Origin: Rhodobacter capsulatus SB 1003
GTDB taxonomy: Bacteria; Pseudomonadota; Alphaproteobacteria; Rhodobacterales; Rhodobacteraceae
Assembly (NCBI RefSeq): GCF_000021865.1
Contig: NC_014034.1
Span: forward strand, 1,020,001 to 1,052,000
Reading direction: 5' to 3'
DNA length: 32,000 bases
The position numbers and the translations under genes were made by a program. Position 1 is the stretch's first letter. The number at the start of each line of letters is the position of its first letter. The notes under the pieces were generated by a model that did not search any database, was not told where the DNA came from, and was given only the letters and a program-made list of their open reading frames with translations. Shown here in pieces: positions 30,501-32,000 of the stretch.

Positions 30501-32000
30501 TGCGGATCGATCGGGTATACATTGACGGGTTCCGCAACCTGCAGGACGTCGAAGCGGACTTTGACGAAGGCTGCCTGACAACGGTCATCATCGGCCAAAA
30601 CGGCGCGGGCAAGTCGAACCTGATCGAAGCGATCGTCGAGATTTTCCGCCATCTTGATCCGCCCACCAGCAAACACGGCGGCAAGCTGCGCTTCACGTTC
30701 GAAATCGACTACATCATCAAGGGCCGCAAAGTGCGTGCGAGCAATCGCGACGGGTCAACCAAGGTGCTGGTTGACGGCGAGCTGATGCCCATGACCCGGT
30801 TTCAGGACAGCAAGGCCGACCTCTTCCCCGATCTGATCTTTGGCTACTATTCCGGCACCGGCCGACGCTTGGAAAAGCTCTTCGACGACCATCAGGCCCG
30901 GTACTACAACGTCATCAACAAGGACAGACCAGAGGCCGAGTACGCCGCCGCCCGCACCGCCCGACGCTTGTTCTATTGCCGCCCCGTGCACGGCGTGTTC
31001 GCGCTGCTCTGCCATTTCGCGAAACCGAGCGAAAAGCCCGATTCAGCAAACGTCCTCAGCAAACAACTGGGGATAACCGGGTTTCATTCGGCCTTGGCGC
31101 ACTTCAAGGAACCGTCCTGGTTCAACCAGTCAAACTGGAAAAAGGCCCGGGCCTCAGCTTCGCCGGGGCGAGGGCGGCGAAGCTACAGCGATCTAGGCGA
31201 ACAGGCCGAAGATGTATGGGGTGCAAGGGGCCCCGCAGGTGAATGCGCCCGTGCCCTGAAGGACATGGCCTTCCACCCCTTGTCGGTCACCGGGAAGGTC
31301 GTGGACGACTATCGTGACAAGCCAAAGGTCGAAGCGCAGCTTGCCTGCTTCCTCCGCGACAAGGCAGCCCTGCAGAAGTTCGCAGCGAGGTACGAAACAG
31401 ACCAAGACATGTTTGCGGCCCTCGAAGCCGCTGACATTTCAGACCTGTTCCGCGAAATGCTCGTGTGGGTCACTCGCGACGGTAACGACAGCGGCGACGT
31501 CAGTTTCAGCGACCTGTCTGATGGCGAGCGGCAGCTGCTGATGGTGCTTGGCCTGATCCGGGTGTCGCGTGGCAGAGAGGCCCTGTTCCTACTGGACGAG
31601 CCCGATACCCACCTGAATCCTGCATGGCAGCTGACCTACCTTGAGCTGATCAAGGAATGGACCGACGTGGCTGCGGACAAGGATCGGTGTCAGATCATCA
31701 TGACCTCACACAATCCGCTGACCATCGCGTCGCTCACCAGACAAGAGGTGCGCGTGATGCAGCAAAGCGAAGCTGCCCGGCTGGTCGTTTCGGAACCATT
31801 TGCGGACCCACGTGGCATGGGTTTCACCGCCACTCTGACGCAGATATTCGGTCTTTCCACGACCTTGGACTTGGCGACCCAGCAACAGATAGATGATCGG
31901 AACGCCCTTGCCCGCATCGAACAGCGCAGCGAGGAGCAGCAGAAGGAGTTGATCTCCATCAATGAGAAGCTTAATAGGCTGGGCTTCATGAATGAAAGTC
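30500..32000 (+). CDS. ABC/SMC-type AAA ATPase, restriction-system-associated; partial (runs off window end)
   Basis: Not in the ORF track because no stop lies in the window. Manual translation from ATG 30500 (TGATG overlap with the hsdS stop) gives MRIDRVYIDGFRNLQDVEADFDEGCLTTVIIGQNGAGKSNLIEAI (Walker A). About 300 aa further come FSDLSDGERQLL (signature), ALFLLDEPDTHLNP (Walker B) and IIMTSHNP (H-loop). The frame is open to position 32000. Confidence 0.85.
   Translation, partial: MRIDRVYIDGFRNLQDVEADFDEGCLTTVIIGQNGAGKSNLIEAIVEIFRHLDPPTSKHGGKLRFTFEIDYIIKGRKVRASNRDGSTKVLVDGELMPMTRFQDSKADLFPDLIFGYYSGTGRRLEKLFDDHQARYYNVINKDRPEAEYAAARTARRLFYCRPVHGVFALLCHFAKPSEKPDSANVLSKQLGITGFHSALAHFKEPSWFNQSNWKKARASASPGRGRRSYSDLGEQAEDVWGARGPAGECARALKDMAFHPLSVTGKVVDDYRDKPKVEAQLACFLRDKAALQKFAARYETDQDMFAALEAADISDLFREMLVWVTRDGNDSGDVSFSDLSDGERQLLMVLGLIRVSRGREALFLLDEPDTHLNPAWQLTYLELIKEWTDVAADKDRCQIIMTSHNPLTIASLTRQEVRVMQQSEAARLVVSEPFADPRGMGFTATLTQIFGLSTTLDLATQQQIDDRNALARIEQRSEEQQKELISINEKLNRLGFMNES

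Overview
The window holds the right-hand ~23 kb of a temperate siphovirus-type prophage in high-GC DNA (mid-60s % GC by eye, alphaproteobacterial style). A more AT-rich type I restriction-modification (R-M) island follows it.

Prophage, mostly on the - strand, read right to left:
- Tyrosine integrase (21679-22908, +).
- A non-canonical gene at the repressor position (+), bracketed by a 50-bp inverted repeat.
- A leftward early operon: Xis/AlpA-like HTH, small ORF, replication initiator with internal iterons, DUF6362-like regulator, ParB-like protein, amino-DNA methyltransferase, PLP-dependent enzyme.
- A + strand three-gene accessory cassette.
- terS, terL (lambda GpA type), gpW-like, lambda-type portal, protease-scaffold-capsid fusion, DUF2190, neck proteins, major tail protein.
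- G/GT tail chaperones with a GGGAAAC -1 slippery site, tape measure, and the 5' part of an RcGTA g12-like (DUF2460) distal tail gene.

AT-richer morons interrupt the prophage: a PIN-like protein (4688-5884), an opposite-strand ORF (9432-9989) and a small orphan ORF (15580-15939).

The R-M island is a five-gene operon: hsdR (with an N-terminal DUF4145-like extension), hsdM, GIY-YIG/DUF4357-like, hsdS, and an ABC/SMC-type ATPase that runs off the window. All four gene junctions overlap.

Best candidates for undescribed biology:
- The extended R-M operon (embedded GIY-YIG gene plus coupled ATPase).
- The PIN-like moron inside the virion module.
- The 50-bp inverted repeats flanking the repressor-position gene.
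- The coupled ParB/MTase/PLP trio.

All family calls come from motif recognition by eye. No database or HMM search was run. Large antisense ORFs in the track are treated as high-GC shadow ORFs.
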